64,000 nucleotides of DNA from Paragordius varius (taxonomy: Eukaryota > Animalia > Nematomorpha), in the NCBI GenBank assembly GCA_964247055.1, contig OZ176053.1, positions 9,610,001-9,674,000 of the forward strand. The letters run 5' to 3'. Positions within the stretch are counted from its first letter, which is position 1. Each line of letters starts with the position of its first letter. Positions 24,999 to 45,000 of this stretch are shown here, one piece after another. Position numbers and translations under genes: made by a program. The notes beneath the pieces were generated by a model. It searched no databases and had not been told where the DNA came from. It saw only the letters and a list, made by a program, of their open reading frames with translations.

Positions 24999-25586
24999 TC
25001 TATATATTTATAATGGAAAATGCTGGCTTTGTGATCTTGTACCGGAAAACCGGTAGACCCATTCAAATACAAATATCGAAAAAATATAATCATTAATGAA
25101 TGCCCCGACAATAGCTTCGCCCGTTTTTTGAAATAGGCCCTCAGTTAGGGCCAATCCCGTGTGAAAAATGGTTTTTTTTGAAAACAGAAGTCCACAAAAA
25201 TCGTGTCTTTGAGACTTTCCGGTGAACGTGTTGGATCATTCAATTTCAAATATAATTTTTGGTTATTTATTTTCGATTGCGCTGAACATAGTCGTCTCGC
25301 TTTTTTAATTTAGGCCCTCTTTTTACCCGCTCCCCCCGTAAAAGGCCATTTTTTTAAAAAACAAAGTCCACAAAAATAATTTTTTAAATCTATTTTTCCC
25401 CCAAGTAAACAATAAATTAGTATGAATGCACGGTTTTAAAATTCCTATGAGATCAAAGCTATTAAATAATGTTTCGAAATAATCCACATATGTGGATCAT
25501 TTTATTGTCCCTTTTTTCAAATACCCCCCCCTCCCCCCCAGAAGTCCGAAGGACATCCTCGGGCTGCGTAGCAGGACGAGATTTAG
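24999..25586 (+). mobile_element. Short non-autonomous Helitron-like element
   Basis: Starts A|TCTATATATTTATAATGGAAAATGCTGG. Ends with poly-C, two GC hairpins and TTAG|T. Homologous to 39582-41658 and 62452-63928. Confidence 0.8.
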
Positions 25587-26411
25587 TTAACAATAAAACC
25601 TAACAATCAAAAAATCTAATTTTCTCAAACCCAAATAATTTTACCTCTGAATTTTATATTACTAATAATAACTCTATGAAATTATAAAATTAGATTTTGA
25701 ATAAAATATTTATTTTGTTAAATATATTACTAATTAAATTTAATTAGGAATATTTAACATAAATAATCTTAAAACTTTTTTACTATTTATTTATTTATTT
25801 ATTAAACATAAAAACAAAATTCCGCATCTAAATACGATCAACAATAAATTCATTAACATCAATTGCTATAATATTCTCAAAATTTATATCCATTAAATTA
25901 TGTTAATTCTCACGTCAATCCTCTTTCATAAGTGTACTACGAAATAAATTTGTACGCATTTGATAAACCATTTATGTTATTTGACTGGCAATAAAATTAC
26001 TTAACATACATTAAAATGCATACTGAAGACTTCGGATTTTATTTTCATACAATGATTACATCTTTATATTAAAACTTGACAATTAGTATATCTTAATATG
26101 TTTATTGCAGTGGCGATGGAGCTAGGGGGAGGAGGCCCAGGGCAAAACAGACGCCGCTTTTTTATTAAATTTTAAATTTTGGGCTTCCCTTTTATTCGGT
26201 AGCAGGGACAGGCAAAATTTATTAACTTTTGTTTATTTACAGTATATGAAGAAAAAGCCTGTTTGTAATTATATTGGCAAAGAAAAGAGATGATTTAGAG
26301 GAAGAAAGAGCTTTGTTTCTTTATTACTCACTAAAAGAATAGTGGAAGGGAAAAAAGAAAAACATTACATCACAACAATATGCTAAATACAAGTACATAA
26401 TCAATTTATTT

Positions 26412-26607
26412 TACAGTATGAGCAAGTATGCTTGAAAGTTATTAATTATTGCCAAATAGCATATGCAGCAAAGAGAATTATTATTGGCTAATAATAGTAA
26501 AAAGTGAAAAAATAACTATAAGCCAATAATAATGCCCTTTGTTGTATATGCTATTTGGCAATAATTTATAACTTTCTAGTAATGGTATATTTGCGCATAC
26601 TGTAATT
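26412..26607. repeat. ~200 bp near-perfect foldback MITE with TACAGTATG...CATACTGTA ends (Tc1/mariner-like)
   Basis: Arms TTATTGCCAAATAGCATAT..TTATTATTGGCTA / TAGCCAATAATAA..ATATGCTATTTGGCAATAA. A partial copy lies at ~46670-46735. Confidence 0.8.
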
Positions 26608-27329
26608 ATACAATAGCATTAATGCAGGCCAACTCAAAATTTGGCCAATTCATATTTCAGTAAAGTATGAGAAATAAATAATTTTCAAATGTAATCGTGT
26701 GATTGAATTTTATTAAATATAATATTTTTCACATCCCTTACTGTAAATGTGCATTATTTTTCTAATATTTTTAACATTTAATGCATGATATCTTTGATTT
26801 ATTTTTAGTTTTAAAACATCAAATTGGTACACTTACCCTATCTATACACCAAAACAGGGATTGGCAATTTTTTTAAGATGCAGGCCATTCTTAAGATCAA
26901 AAAGTCTTGGCAGGACGCACATTTACATTAATAATTAATACATATTTATAAGCTGCCAGAATTTTAATGATTTCTCCATCCAAATTCCAACTTTTTGCAA
27001 TTAGTTTTTAATTAAGTTAGCCCACGGCTTTCATTGTTGGTAGTACCGCAAATCTGTTGACAATTTATATGGAAAATAAATATGATATAGTAGCCCAGCA
27101 AAATAGAAATAGGATTTAAATTTGGAAATAGGGGAATTTCATGCCCATGATAGTGAACGCAGGTCATGGTTTATGTTTAGTCATTTTTTATGGTCACTAC
27201 CTTGGGGGGCTGCACAAAAAGGGAGGTTGCCGACCTATGCACTGTATATTTTTGGAAATATTTTATAATTTAGATCATAAGTTTAGAGTGAATGTTTTCA
27301 ATATAATTTTGGATATTGTAATTTAATCA

Positions 27330-27700
27330 AATAACAGATCTAGCGTTATAACGTAGCGGATATGTTTTTATTTCTGCTTTCATCAAAGTTTAACTATGAG
27401 TGAAAAATTAATTATCCAGATTAGATATTTTCCGATAATGGAGTCAATTTTTAATTCGTTTAAGGATGAGATCGCAAATAAATCTAAGCAATTTGCAAAG
27501 CTATTAATATCAAGTACCCAACAGTTTCAGCCAGTCATGAAGTTTTAACAGCATTATTATCGTTTTTGATTTGCCATCAGTTGCTGCAGCGGACATTCTT
27601 AATTAAAAATAATTAAAATTATATTAGAAGCACGATGGCTGAAAAAAGGTTGAGCAATTTATCGCTAATAGCAATTAAAACGGGATAAAATGGATCAAAT
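27330..27700 (+). pseudogene. hAT transposase C-terminal dimerisation-domain relic, probably within a decayed hAT element spanning ~26107-28236
   Basis: EVLTALLSFL..PSVAAA and IRSTMAEKRLSNLSLIAIK match the hAT dimerisation consensus. CAGTGGCGA at ~26107 and TTCGCCACT at ~28226-28234 are inverse complements. Confidence 0.7.
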
Positions 27701-28497
27701 GGATATATTAGAAAATTTACTTACGCAAAATCGAGGATACGAAGTTTTAAAACATGATTTTCCGATCAATATTCAAAAACTCTGCCCAACTATCATCTAT
27801 TGGTTTAGTAATCAATTTATAATTTAAATTTCTCAATTATATCTTTTTAATCCAATCCGCCATTTGCGCTCATATAACGATATTCTCAATCTTTTTTCAA
27901 TTATCATGCTATTTAAAAGTTATAAAATTATTTTCAATTTTTAAAATTTAACGTTCTAAGATTAATGGATTGGCGATGGTTAGGGCCGGTTGATTACCAA
28001 TCATTATATTAAGAAATACCAGGAACGCATAACTTTTGGACTCAGGATGCCAAGTCGTGCTATCATTTTTTAATAAAAAATTTTCTTTACGAATTTAAGT
28101 AATGCACCACGTGAAAAATAATTGCAAACAAATTGGTTATGCTTTTACTTAAAACTCACAACATAACCAAACAAAAATATATAATCTAATATTTTTTTGG
28201 GTAGGTGGGAGGGGGTACGATATAGTTTCGCCACTTCACTAGTGATTAGATATAAATAAAAAAGGGTTACGCTGAATTTCCGTTCTATTACCAATACTTT
28301 ATAAGTTTAGAAAGTATTATGCGAATATAAATGACAATTATGGTTGCTGACACCCTGCACTATGTGGATAGAATAAGAAACCTGCCCAATTTTCTAGTTA
28401 ATCAAATAAATATTTAATTTTATATTTGAATGAGCCAAATTTGGCTTGTGTATCAATTTTGAAAGAACAACAATCATGCGCATCAACCAATATAATA

Positions 28498-29707
28498 TAC
28501 GACAGTATCCAAAGAACTGCGTCCGAAATCGGGGGGTGTAAGAGAATATTCCGATAATATTTTTATAATTTGATAAGAAATATATTAGGATTATCAGGAT
28601 TCTTTTGGTTTCAGCCGTTACGAGTGATATATAAATTTTTTATTTGTTTAACTGCTTCATATTAGAAATCGGCAAAATTACACATTTAATTAATCAATTT
28701 TTTTAATGAAATTTAAATGCTTTATTCCAAAAAATATTACTTAAATATATCATAAACTACATATATAAAGCACAATGTTATTAAGATGTGGACTCGGAAA
28801 ATCAATTTTTTCCCCTCGTCTAAGATGGGCTAGTTCTCTGAAAAATAACACAAAATGCTATTGAGCGATAAAAAATATATGCTAAATTTTGATAATTAAA
28901 AATATTTTTTAAAAAATGCAGACTTTTAAAAATTTAATTTTTTCCTAAAATTTATTAAAGCGTACTTTATACTGTTTGAGGCCTGATAGAAACGGCAAAA
29001 AATCGCTTTAAGATATTTTATAAACACTTTTTCTATATAATTCTATGATGCTGATAACTATCACTTCAGAATTAATTTAGGGTTTCTATTGTTATCAATT
29101 ATAGGTATAATTTTGTAAAAAAACACAATCTATATTTAACATCAATTTGAAAAACGAATATTTTTATCAAAATTATGAGGTGATAGATATATTCAGCATC
29201 ATCGAATCATATAAAAAAAGCGTATTATAAAGCGATTAAATACCGTTTCCATCATGCCTCAAAAAGGTATGAAGTACCTTTTAACAAAATGTTGGTAAAA
29301 ATTAAATTTTTAAATAGTGTATGCCTTTTTTTAAAAAAAATATTTTTGTAGTTATAAAAATATTGCATGTGTTTAAAAATTTTATCGCGCAATCCCGGCA
29401 TTTTTGCGTTTTAAGAGAAAAAATTGGGACTTTCCGAGCCCATATTGTAAAAATAAATTTTTTTAAAAATATTATTTTGCTTTCTATATGTAGTTAATGA
29501 TATATTTTAGTGACTTTCACCAAAAAAAATTTATTAAAAAACTTTGCGCAAATTTTGCCATTTCTGTTATGGAGCGCTTTCCACAAAAGTGTAAATAACT
29601 TTCTTATATCCCTAGGCCAAAACCAAAAGCACCATATTATTCCAAATACATTTTCCTATCAGAATATATATATATTTCATCAGGTTATTTTTTTGGGACA
29701 CTGTGTA
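28498..29707. mobile_element. M1 palindromic MITE
   Basis: Ends ...ATCAGGTTATTTTTTTGGGACACTGTGTA and shares the internal ATCGCGCAATCCCGG and GAAACGG motifs with the other copies. Confidence 0.78.
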
Positions 29708-29828
29708 TGATTAAAGAAAGCTTATTTTTTAATTTGGCATGATACTTTAACTAAAGATATTTAAATTTCAAATTGCTTAGAAATATTAAATTATATTTAA
29801 GATTATAAAGTGTTTAAAGGCAACCAAA

Positions 29829-30335
29829 TTAACACATTACCTTTTGGGGTAGTATATCCCAAAACCATTTATGGTTTCAATATCTTAAAAAGTATTTATA
29901 ATAGTCCGAATTTAAAAATCTGCTTTCTTTAGTTTTTGGGGCGCATTATAAAATTTTTTAAAAAAAATGAAGAATTGGCGCTATTTTTTTATAAATTTTT
30001 TGAAATCGCTAATACAACCGACAAATAATTGTATTATGGTTAAAAATATAAATAATTAATTAAAAAAAGCTTTCAGGCCACGTTTTACCAGCAAAAACTT
30101 GACATATTAAAATATTAAAAGCGGTTCGTTGTGTTTTGGAGCTGTCCCATTTTAAACTCTAGTTACTGTGAAAATATGAGTTTATTACTAATACATGAGA
30201 ACAGTGTTTGATACTTCAATTTTAACTAAATTAACTTTCAAAACTGTAGTTTATGTACAAAATTGAGGTCTGGGAAATAAACTATCCCAAAATGTAAACT
30301 AACAAAAAAGTGAAAAGGTAATGAAGTTAAGTGTT
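29829..30335. mobile_element. ~480 bp MITE family M3 (other copies at ~54575-55060 and ~57391-57880)
   Basis: Inverted ends TTGGGGTAG..TATCCCA(A/G) / CTGGGA.AT..ACTATCCCAA. Near-collinear internal sequence in all three copies, including GGCGCATTATA and CATGAGAACA.TGTTTGATA. Confidence 0.7.
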
Positions 30336-30546
30336 ACATGATCATACCTTCGATTAAAATTAGGGGATCTAAATATCCCATATATTTGAGTTCATATTTA
30401 AAAAAACTACTGAATAAAACGGTCTCAATTTTATGCTTCTATCTTTATAAAAATTATATAAAAAAGCCGAAATATTTAAATAAAATTTAGTTGAGAAAAA
30501 AAGTTCCATATCAAACTACTTGGACGCCATTTTTATTTTACATCTT

Positions 30547-32172
30547 TTAACACTTCCGTTCAAATTGGGGTATCAAAATACCCCAGAGTATATTCAAGTT
30601 GATATTTTTAAAAAATTACTGAAAGAAAAGGTTCCAATTTAAATTTGTGCTTCGTTTCTACAATAAATTATACAAATAAGCTGAAAAATCTAAATAAAAT
30701 TTGGTTTTAAAAAAAGTTAAACTACTTCGACACCATTTAAATTTTATGGATGGATAATTTTAGGACTCCATATTCGGAGTTTATTATCATTATAAGAAAA
30801 GAGTGGTCGTCTCTTTCTTCTATGGCCATCAACATTAATGTTTTCAACATTTTTAACGGCAGGGTGGCGTCTCTTCTCTGAGTATGACCGTATAGACGCA
30901 ATCTGTTAGTTTGAATTATATAATCGATTTTATCGGTTTTTTTAATGAAAATTGGTAATTCTGGTGTGCGAAAGCAGCTTTTGAGTATTCGGTTTTCACT
31001 GATTAGGAGTTTTGTTTGATTTGTTTTGTTTTATGCCCAGGTTTCAGTACCATAGGTAAGAGCAGGTCTTATTCCTACCTTGTAAAGATACCATTTATTA
31101 CGATTGTTAACATTTTTGTTTTGGAAAACATATTTTAACTGATTATAGTTTATCCAACCTTGTTGTATTCTTCTTTTGATAGCCTTTTGTGAGCTTCCCT
31201 GAGATGATATGACATCTCTTAGGTATACGAAAGAGTCACCCAATTCGATGTCATGTCCATCAATGTTAAGCAGCTTTGGTCGATTATTATTGCTTGGGTC
31301 TAAGCAATTCAAACATTTAAAATTTATTAAATTTGTTAACTTGTCTTTTATTTTAGAGCACTTTTTGTGTACCCACATTTGACATGATATGCATTTAATG
31401 GAATTAGAACGTACTTCCTTACTGCAAACGGAACAGGGGTATTGTTTCACTTTCACCCGTTATCATTATTTTTGTTTTTGTGGCGTTTATAATCATTCCA
31501 TATTGTTCAAGGCATTTCTTCCACTTGGTATATGTATTTACCATTTGATCCCATAATCGTGTCGTTATCACGAGGTCGTCGGCGAATAACACAAAGTCCT
31601 ATGGCCAACAAAGTCCTATTGCCACCTCCCCGTGATGTTGGCTGGGGCATGAAAATGCGCTAACGGCAAAAGCCAGTTTTCTAATGATCTGTAAAATCAT
31701 TAGTTGTACACAAGGGCATGTGATACGTAAAAATTGCCTCAATAAACTATGAAGTATAATAATATGAATATGAATATGAAAGAACACTAAAACCTTTAAA
31801 TTTTATAACACTTTTTTAAATATCAGGTTTATTTGATTTTAAGCCTAAAATTAAATTTACATTTTTATTACGATCACATTTAACATTGATATAAACAAAA
31901 AAATGATATATTTTGTATTATTTTTATATTTAGCATTTGCTCACATGTCATGTTGTCAATTTTTACCTTTAAGTTTTATATTAAAATAAGTAACATCAAG
32001 TATTTTTGAATGAATTTTTTTATATTTCGGTTCATTAATGTTATATTAGTGCAAACATTTGCCATGGCTTCGATTCCTACCATATTTTTTGAAGATATTA
32101 ATTTTCAGGCCTATGGTATCCAACTACCCCAATTTGAATCGAAGAACTTGAATGTGTTGCATCCAAGTGTTA
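30547..32172 (+). mobile_element. M2 MITE split by the RTE insertion
   Basis: TTAACACTTCC...CAAATTGGGGTATC left end and ATCCAAGTGTTAA right end. M2 homology stops at ~30750 and resumes at ~31790. Confidence 0.75.
30781..31625 (-). mobile_element. 5'-truncated RTE-type non-LTR retrotransposon with a PHD-like zinc finger inside the RT region, inserted in a TTAA-type MITE
   Basis: FADD motif (31575-31586) in DFVLFADDLVI...GMIINATKTKIM. After a frameshift comes YPCSVCSKEVRSNSIKCISCQMWVHKKC...CLNC, then FVYLRDVIS...ALTYGTETWA and RLRLYGHTQRRD, and a short TAA/TGA-rich tail at ~30781. Confidence 0.88.
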
Positions 32173-32759
32173 AGCACAAGGTGTGTAAGTTAAGTTTTTT
32201 TTATATATAATGACCTTGCTAAAAACATTTGGATCAAAGTTAAAAATTTTGGCTGTTAATTCATCAAAAATGATTCGGCTATTCTATTGTATTAAAATTT
32301 TGTTAATTTACATATACTATAAAATATAAAAAAATCTGGACATTTTTTTCAACCTGATATCCAATGAGCTTTATCCAGGAAAGGGTGCAAACCGCCACTC
32401 TCCACACAGGACGACCCTTAAAGCCTTTCTGCGCTTTTACACGCCTCAGTGAAAGGCGACATTGTATCATTCAGACTTTCTAACAAATATATGCAATTAA
32501 CCGTAAAATACTAAATACATGATAAGCTTAAATGTTTGAATAATCGATTTACGGCCCCCGACTTAATTAATTAATTATGATAACAATACGATGAGTTACA
32601 ATCTATAAAAAACAGTGACAAATGGCAATCCAGTTACCGATTTACAAAATTAACCATCAAAATTATATAACGAAAAATCACGACTTCTAAAGTAACATGT
32701 TGAGCGTTTGCATTCATAAATTCATATCTAAATTTAAATAACCTTTGAGCTAGGACATT

Positions 32760-39125
<6,366 letters not shown>

Positions 39126-39581
39126 AAAAATTTATGATATAATAATTGAAAAAAATCATGTAAAAATGTGTTTGATATAAGTAGTTTTCAGTTTTGTGTA
39201 CCTGTGATATTCACAATTAATACTCATAAGCAATGCAAAATTAACTAGTCAATCTCTTCTACATCTATTATATAGTGATTTATTATTTAATTTTATATCT
39301 ATGTCAAAATTCAAAGTTGTCCTTACAGATCAATGTTTTGTTTTTGTCATTTATACCTGACCACATTAATCAAATATATAGTGATAGATTATTAAATTAA
39401 TTATATGTATAGTTTATAAATAAAGTTATGTCATGTACACACAAAAATATTTGCATTTTAAAATGGTTCAACCGGTTTAAATTTATTTGTGAAAAAGGTG
39501 ATATGAGATAATTTAACTGCTCTAAAAATATAATTAAAATGTGCTTTAATACTTTGTAATTAGTAGATCGATAAATTTTAA

Positions 39582-41658
39582 TTTATATATTATAAAAATG
39601 GAAAATGCTGGCTTTGTGATCTGTATCCGGAAAACTGGTAGACCTATTGAAACCAAATGTTTAAAAAATATAATCATTAATAAATGCCCCCACAATAGCG
39701 TCGCCCTTTTTTGAATAAGGGCCCCAGTTCGGGCCCACTCTGTGTAAAAAACGGGTTTTTTTTGAAAACACAAGTCCACAAAATTCGTCTTTGAGACAAT
39801 TTTCCGGAAAACGTGTGGGACCATTCGATTTCAAATATGATTTTTTTATACTAAATTTTGATTGCGCAGAATATAGTCGGCTCGCTTTTTTATTTAGGCC
39901 CTCTTTTTACTCGCTACCCCCGTAAAATGCCAATTTTTTTCAAAAAAATTAAGTCCACAAAAATAATTTTTTGAATTTTTCGCCCAGGGTATGAGACCGT
40001 AAAAATTCAATGAGGATTCCAGGTATTCCCTGTTAAAAGGCAAAAACTTTAGTCGTGCGTTTTTTTATATTGGCTGCTGGGTAAGGAGGTACCCGCTAAA
40101 AACTGCCCCGTTATATGGAAATAGCGTGCATTTGGGGCTATCAGAAAACCTATCAGGCCTAATGAGTTCAGTAGGTGCTTAAAATATTACCCGTAACAAG
40201 GCAAAAATTCAGGTCGTGTGGTTATAATTAGACTTTAATTAGGCCCTTCACGCCCTGAAAAATGCGCCACCATAGAATGATTTTTTAGTTTTGAGGCAAT
40301 TTTTAAAAAAACTAATGAAAGCATATAGAATCAATCATCATTCCAGGTATTCTCCGTAAAAAGGCAAAAATTTTAATCAAGCGCTTTTTTTGTATTAGCC
40401 TTTGGGTAAGCTCCCGCCTAAAACTGCGCCATCATATCGAAATTGCGTTATTTAAGAGTTAATTCAGAAAACATATTAGGCCACATAAGTTTAATAAGGG
40501 CCAGAAATATTACCCGTAGTACCAGAGAGGCAAAAATTTAAGGAGAGTGGTTTTATTAAATTACCCCTTAAGTAGGCCCTTGCCTTAAAAAATGGGCCAC
40601 CATAGAATGACTTTTTTTAGGCAATTTTTCGAAAATCCCACGAGACCCTATGGAATCAGTCATTCCAGGTATTACCCGAATTAAGGCAATTTTAATCAAG
40701 CGTTTTTTTGTTTCACCCCTGGTTAGGGGGCTACTCGCGTAAAACTGAATCTCCATATCGATACAGACTGCCTATGGAGCCAAATTTCAAAAAACCTATG
40801 AGACTAATAGGAACATATGGAATCCATGATAATTCCAGATATTCCCCATAAGGAAACAATTTTTCCCGCTTTTTTTATACCTGCCCTTGGGTAAGGAGCC
40901 ACCCGCCAAAAACTGCGCCACTACATAGAAATTGCGTTGTGTTGGAGTTAATTTACAAAATTTATGAAGCCATATGAGTTTATTAAAAGCTTGAAATATT
41001 AACCGTAACTAGGTAAAAATTAAGGTCAGGCGTTTTTTATTAGCCGTTAATTTGGGGCCTTTATGCCCTAAAAATAAGCCATCATATAACGATTATTTAG
41101 TGTTAGGGTATTTTTTCGATTAATACATGAGACAATGGAATCAAAGATGATTCCAAATATTTGCCCTATAAAGGCAAATAATTTAACTCAGCGCTTTTTC
41201 CATATAGGCCTATGGGTAGGGGTCTAGCGGTTAGAAACTGGGAGGCCATACAAAAATGGAAAAAGCTTAAGAAGCCATACGAGTTCAGTTAGACACATTT
41301 CTGGGGAATTCGTATAATCTTCTTTCCTTTAAAAAGCCCACAAATGATTTACTTTTTATATCCCTTGATCCCATCTGTGTGAACACTTTAAAATAAAACT
41401 TTTAACCATGATTTCGCAAAACAATCTTAAAATAAATCCAATGATAGTTAAATATTAATTTAATAATGGACGTTTAAATATGGTCAATTTCGTGTAAACA
41501 ATGGTTGCTATGCAAAAACCCGTAAAAGAATAAATAAAGACATTCTTTTTATCTATATGTTTTTTATTATTTTTTATCTCCATTACCTCTATTTATGGGA
41601 AATTATTTAGAATAAATAATCGGTGGGACTACGTCACAGCGAAGCGTGACAGGGCTAG
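39582..41658 (+). mobile_element. Long non-autonomous Helitron-like element with about five internal ~170-320 bp subrepeats
   Basis: Same 5' sequence (ATAAAAATGGAAAATGCTGGCTTTGTGATC). The unit TTCCA(G/A)(G/A)TATT..AGG(C/A)AA recurs near 40017, 40341, 40662, 40833 and 41151. 3' hairpin GTCACAGCGAAGCGTGAC followed by AGGGCTAG. Confidence 0.8.
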
Positions 41659-42023
41659 ATAGTTTAAGTTAAATAAAAATATAAATAGATTTGAAATTTT
41701 AACTGCCGTTTGCTTAGTTTTTGAGGTAATGGAATATAAATATGTGTTTTATAAATACATTAACTGCAGAATCTTTGTTAATTTTTTCGTGTTTTCTTTA
41801 TCAGTTAAAAAATAACAATTATGTATTAAAATTTAAAATAATCTTTTTTATTTCTTTTATTATATAAAATCTGAATAGCAAAATTAAAACAATTTTACGG
41901 TACTAATTCATATCAATATAAAAATAGTTTTGATTCACAAAAATAAAAAACTAGATGCAATGTTAACGGTTTATAATTTGATGACCCATTTATTGATAAT
42001 TTAAATTTGCCCACTATCCTGCT

Positions 42024-45000
42024 TTAGTGACTTTTATAAATAAAAATTAATTGACCCATGGGTACTTTGCAATTATCGTGTGGCTTGTAACCAATCAAAT
42101 ATTCTTTATTTTCTTCCAAAATGGACATATCCATGTATAAATCAATGCACATACTATCCTAAATATAAAATTATATTATTTCTATACGTTAGGGAACAAA
42201 ATATTACATTATATATATTAAATATGTAAAAATTATAAAGGGGTTTGTTGAAAAATAAATTTATTTGTACTTAAAAGAATCCTGATATGATCTATTGTGA
42301 TTTTACTTTTGGTCGAATCGGTAAAAGTCATATTAATTCGTAATTGGTCAAAATTGAAAAATTGTAAATTTAGCGAACATTATCTTGGTAAAGGGATGTG
42401 ATAGAATTTATATTTGTTATATATATATATATATATTTATTATGAATTATTTCGAATTTAGCATAACATTGTTTTATTTATGGTTTTAATTATTTTCATA
42501 ATGAGGTCCGAAAACGCTTTATAACCCTACAAACTAGTTTAATGTACTTCATGGACAAACGAACCAAATTAACTGTTTCTAATAATGTTAATACCATTAT
42601 ATCATTGGCAAACAAAACAAAAAACGAAAGAAATTTTATTTGCATGAAATTTATATTTTAACAATTAGTACAAACTATTTAATACCCCGTAGCACACATA
42701 TGTATATAGTATTTAAATAATTGCTTATATTTCGCTTATACGACGTCTAGATCCCATTTCTTAACTGAAAACTATTTTTCGACCAAAAAATCAGTATAAT
42801 GTTTAAGGCAAATAAGTCTCCAAATATATAACATGACACATAAATATCATTGTAATATATGTCAATAATAAATGGTCAATTCATATTGGTTCCATATTTT
42901 TAATTATCATAACATATATGAATTTAATTGGTTAAAAAAATATTTTTTTCCTATACGGCATATATATATTATAAAATCACTAGGCACAAGAATATTTTTT
43001 TAATAAATTGAGCTTCTCATCCATAGAGAAATTATATTCAAAGTTTGATTTACCGCGTTTGCCATTACATTAGCACCATACACGAGGGACAAATCTTTGG
43101 TACCCTGCAAATATATCTTGAACTGCTTATCGGGGTATATGTGGAAATATTTACTGCAAAGCTGTAAGTAAGAATTCTTAACACAAATGTAATCATCTTT
43201 CAGAATTTCATTATCTGTTGTTAAACAAAACGTACAAAAAATGATATTGAAATAATATCCATATATATTACATATAATTAACTAAAATTTTTAGTTTTTA
43301 TCTCGAAATAATGTTAGCATGCGAAAGAATTATAATCCCCCAAAAATAGAAAAAGCTGTCCATATATATTTAAATCAGAGTGTCTGATACGCGACTCTTC
43401 GCGATATTCTGGACGGCCCGCTAATTAGAAGAAATATTGAATAAATTAAAAATTCTATAATTTGCAAAAATATTTTATTTACAAAATTTGGTAAAATCAA
43501 TTACTAATATTATTATTTATTACGATATTTTTCCAAAATAGTATCTTATAAATAATTAATTTATTCATAATCTATTGATCTGGGACCTGATTCCACACAC
43601 AACATGGCTTAAACGGTAAAGTAAATTAGTGTTTTTAGGCTTAAAATATTAATTTCAAGATTATTAAACAACCATTTGTTCGATTAGTGTTAAATAGTTA
43701 ATAGATAAAAAAAATTATTTTCATGTATTAAAAAATTTGGGCTTTTTATCATAGCCATATGGTGTATAAAAACCTTATATAATCTAAATAGTTTAAGCAC
43801 TATAGAAGCTAAATTAATTTTTCAAAAACCACACTAGTGCAAAATGTTAATATTTTCTACTGTTTTTCGATAATTATAATTTCATTTATTTATTTTTAAA
43901 TATACAAAAAAAGTAATATATAAAAAAATTACCAATCATCGTTTTTCCATCGTCTTTCAAACATAAATATAATTATATCAAACATGTAAAAAATAAAATT
44001 TACGTTTTTATAAAAGATAGTCTACATATCCTTAACAATAGGTTTCTAAACCTTTATGATAAAGTCTAAATTTTTATATAATAGTATACCATTTCCCAGT
44101 CAATCGAAACATTTTTCCAATCAATCGAAACATTTTTCCAGTTAATAAAATATCGAAATAATAGCAAAAAATTACTTTTAATCATTAAAAGCACACTAAT
44201 AAGGAAATTATTTTTTAGAAAAACACATTTATTGAATGACAATTTTTTTATTATATGCCAATACACATTTCATCATGACATATTCTTTAAACAGGAGTGT
44301 TCAACACAAATGGTTTCGCGGGCCGCATTTTAAATATATATGGGAATTCAATAATTTATTAGATTTGAAACGTACGACCGTAAAATGCCGATACAATACA
44401 ACAATATTTTCTAGTTTCTGTCAATTAGGTAATATTATTTAGTAAAATTGTTTAAGAAATATCAAGTTTACTAATATTTTGTGAGCATAATATAATGTGG
44501 CCTGAGAAGCCATTTGTGTTGGATACAAGCTGGATCAGTACCATATATGATAATCACTGAGGCCAAACTAAAAATAGAAGATGCGGAAAATAGAAACAAT
44601 TGGAAAACAGCAATAAAAACTTATGTCAAATCAGCTACCTTCAACTCTGAAGATCAACAGCTTTGATGATGATATTGGCATATTATGAAAAAGTGATCAT
44701 TCAATAAATGTGTTTTTCTAAAAATAATTCTTTAGTGTGCTCTTAATATTTACAAGTTATTTTTATATCTCAGTTTGATATTTATCATCAAAAAAAAAAC
44801 CGTTTTTGGGAAAATGTTTTTATTGACTGGAAAAACGTTTCGATTGGGAAATGGTATATTTAATTCAAAGATAGCATTTTCAGTTCGAAAAGCGACAACA
44901 AGCGAATTATGGGTATAATTTCTGGTAATTTTTAGGGCAATCTTCGATCTCATAAAAGATTTTTAATCAATATTTTGATAATTGGAGTTACTAAAAGTTT

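Noticed and set aside
40000-41300. CRISPR-like or operon-like interpretation of the repeat array
   Set aside because: Eukaryotic context; long diverged units without short constant repeats and unique spacers; no cas genes.
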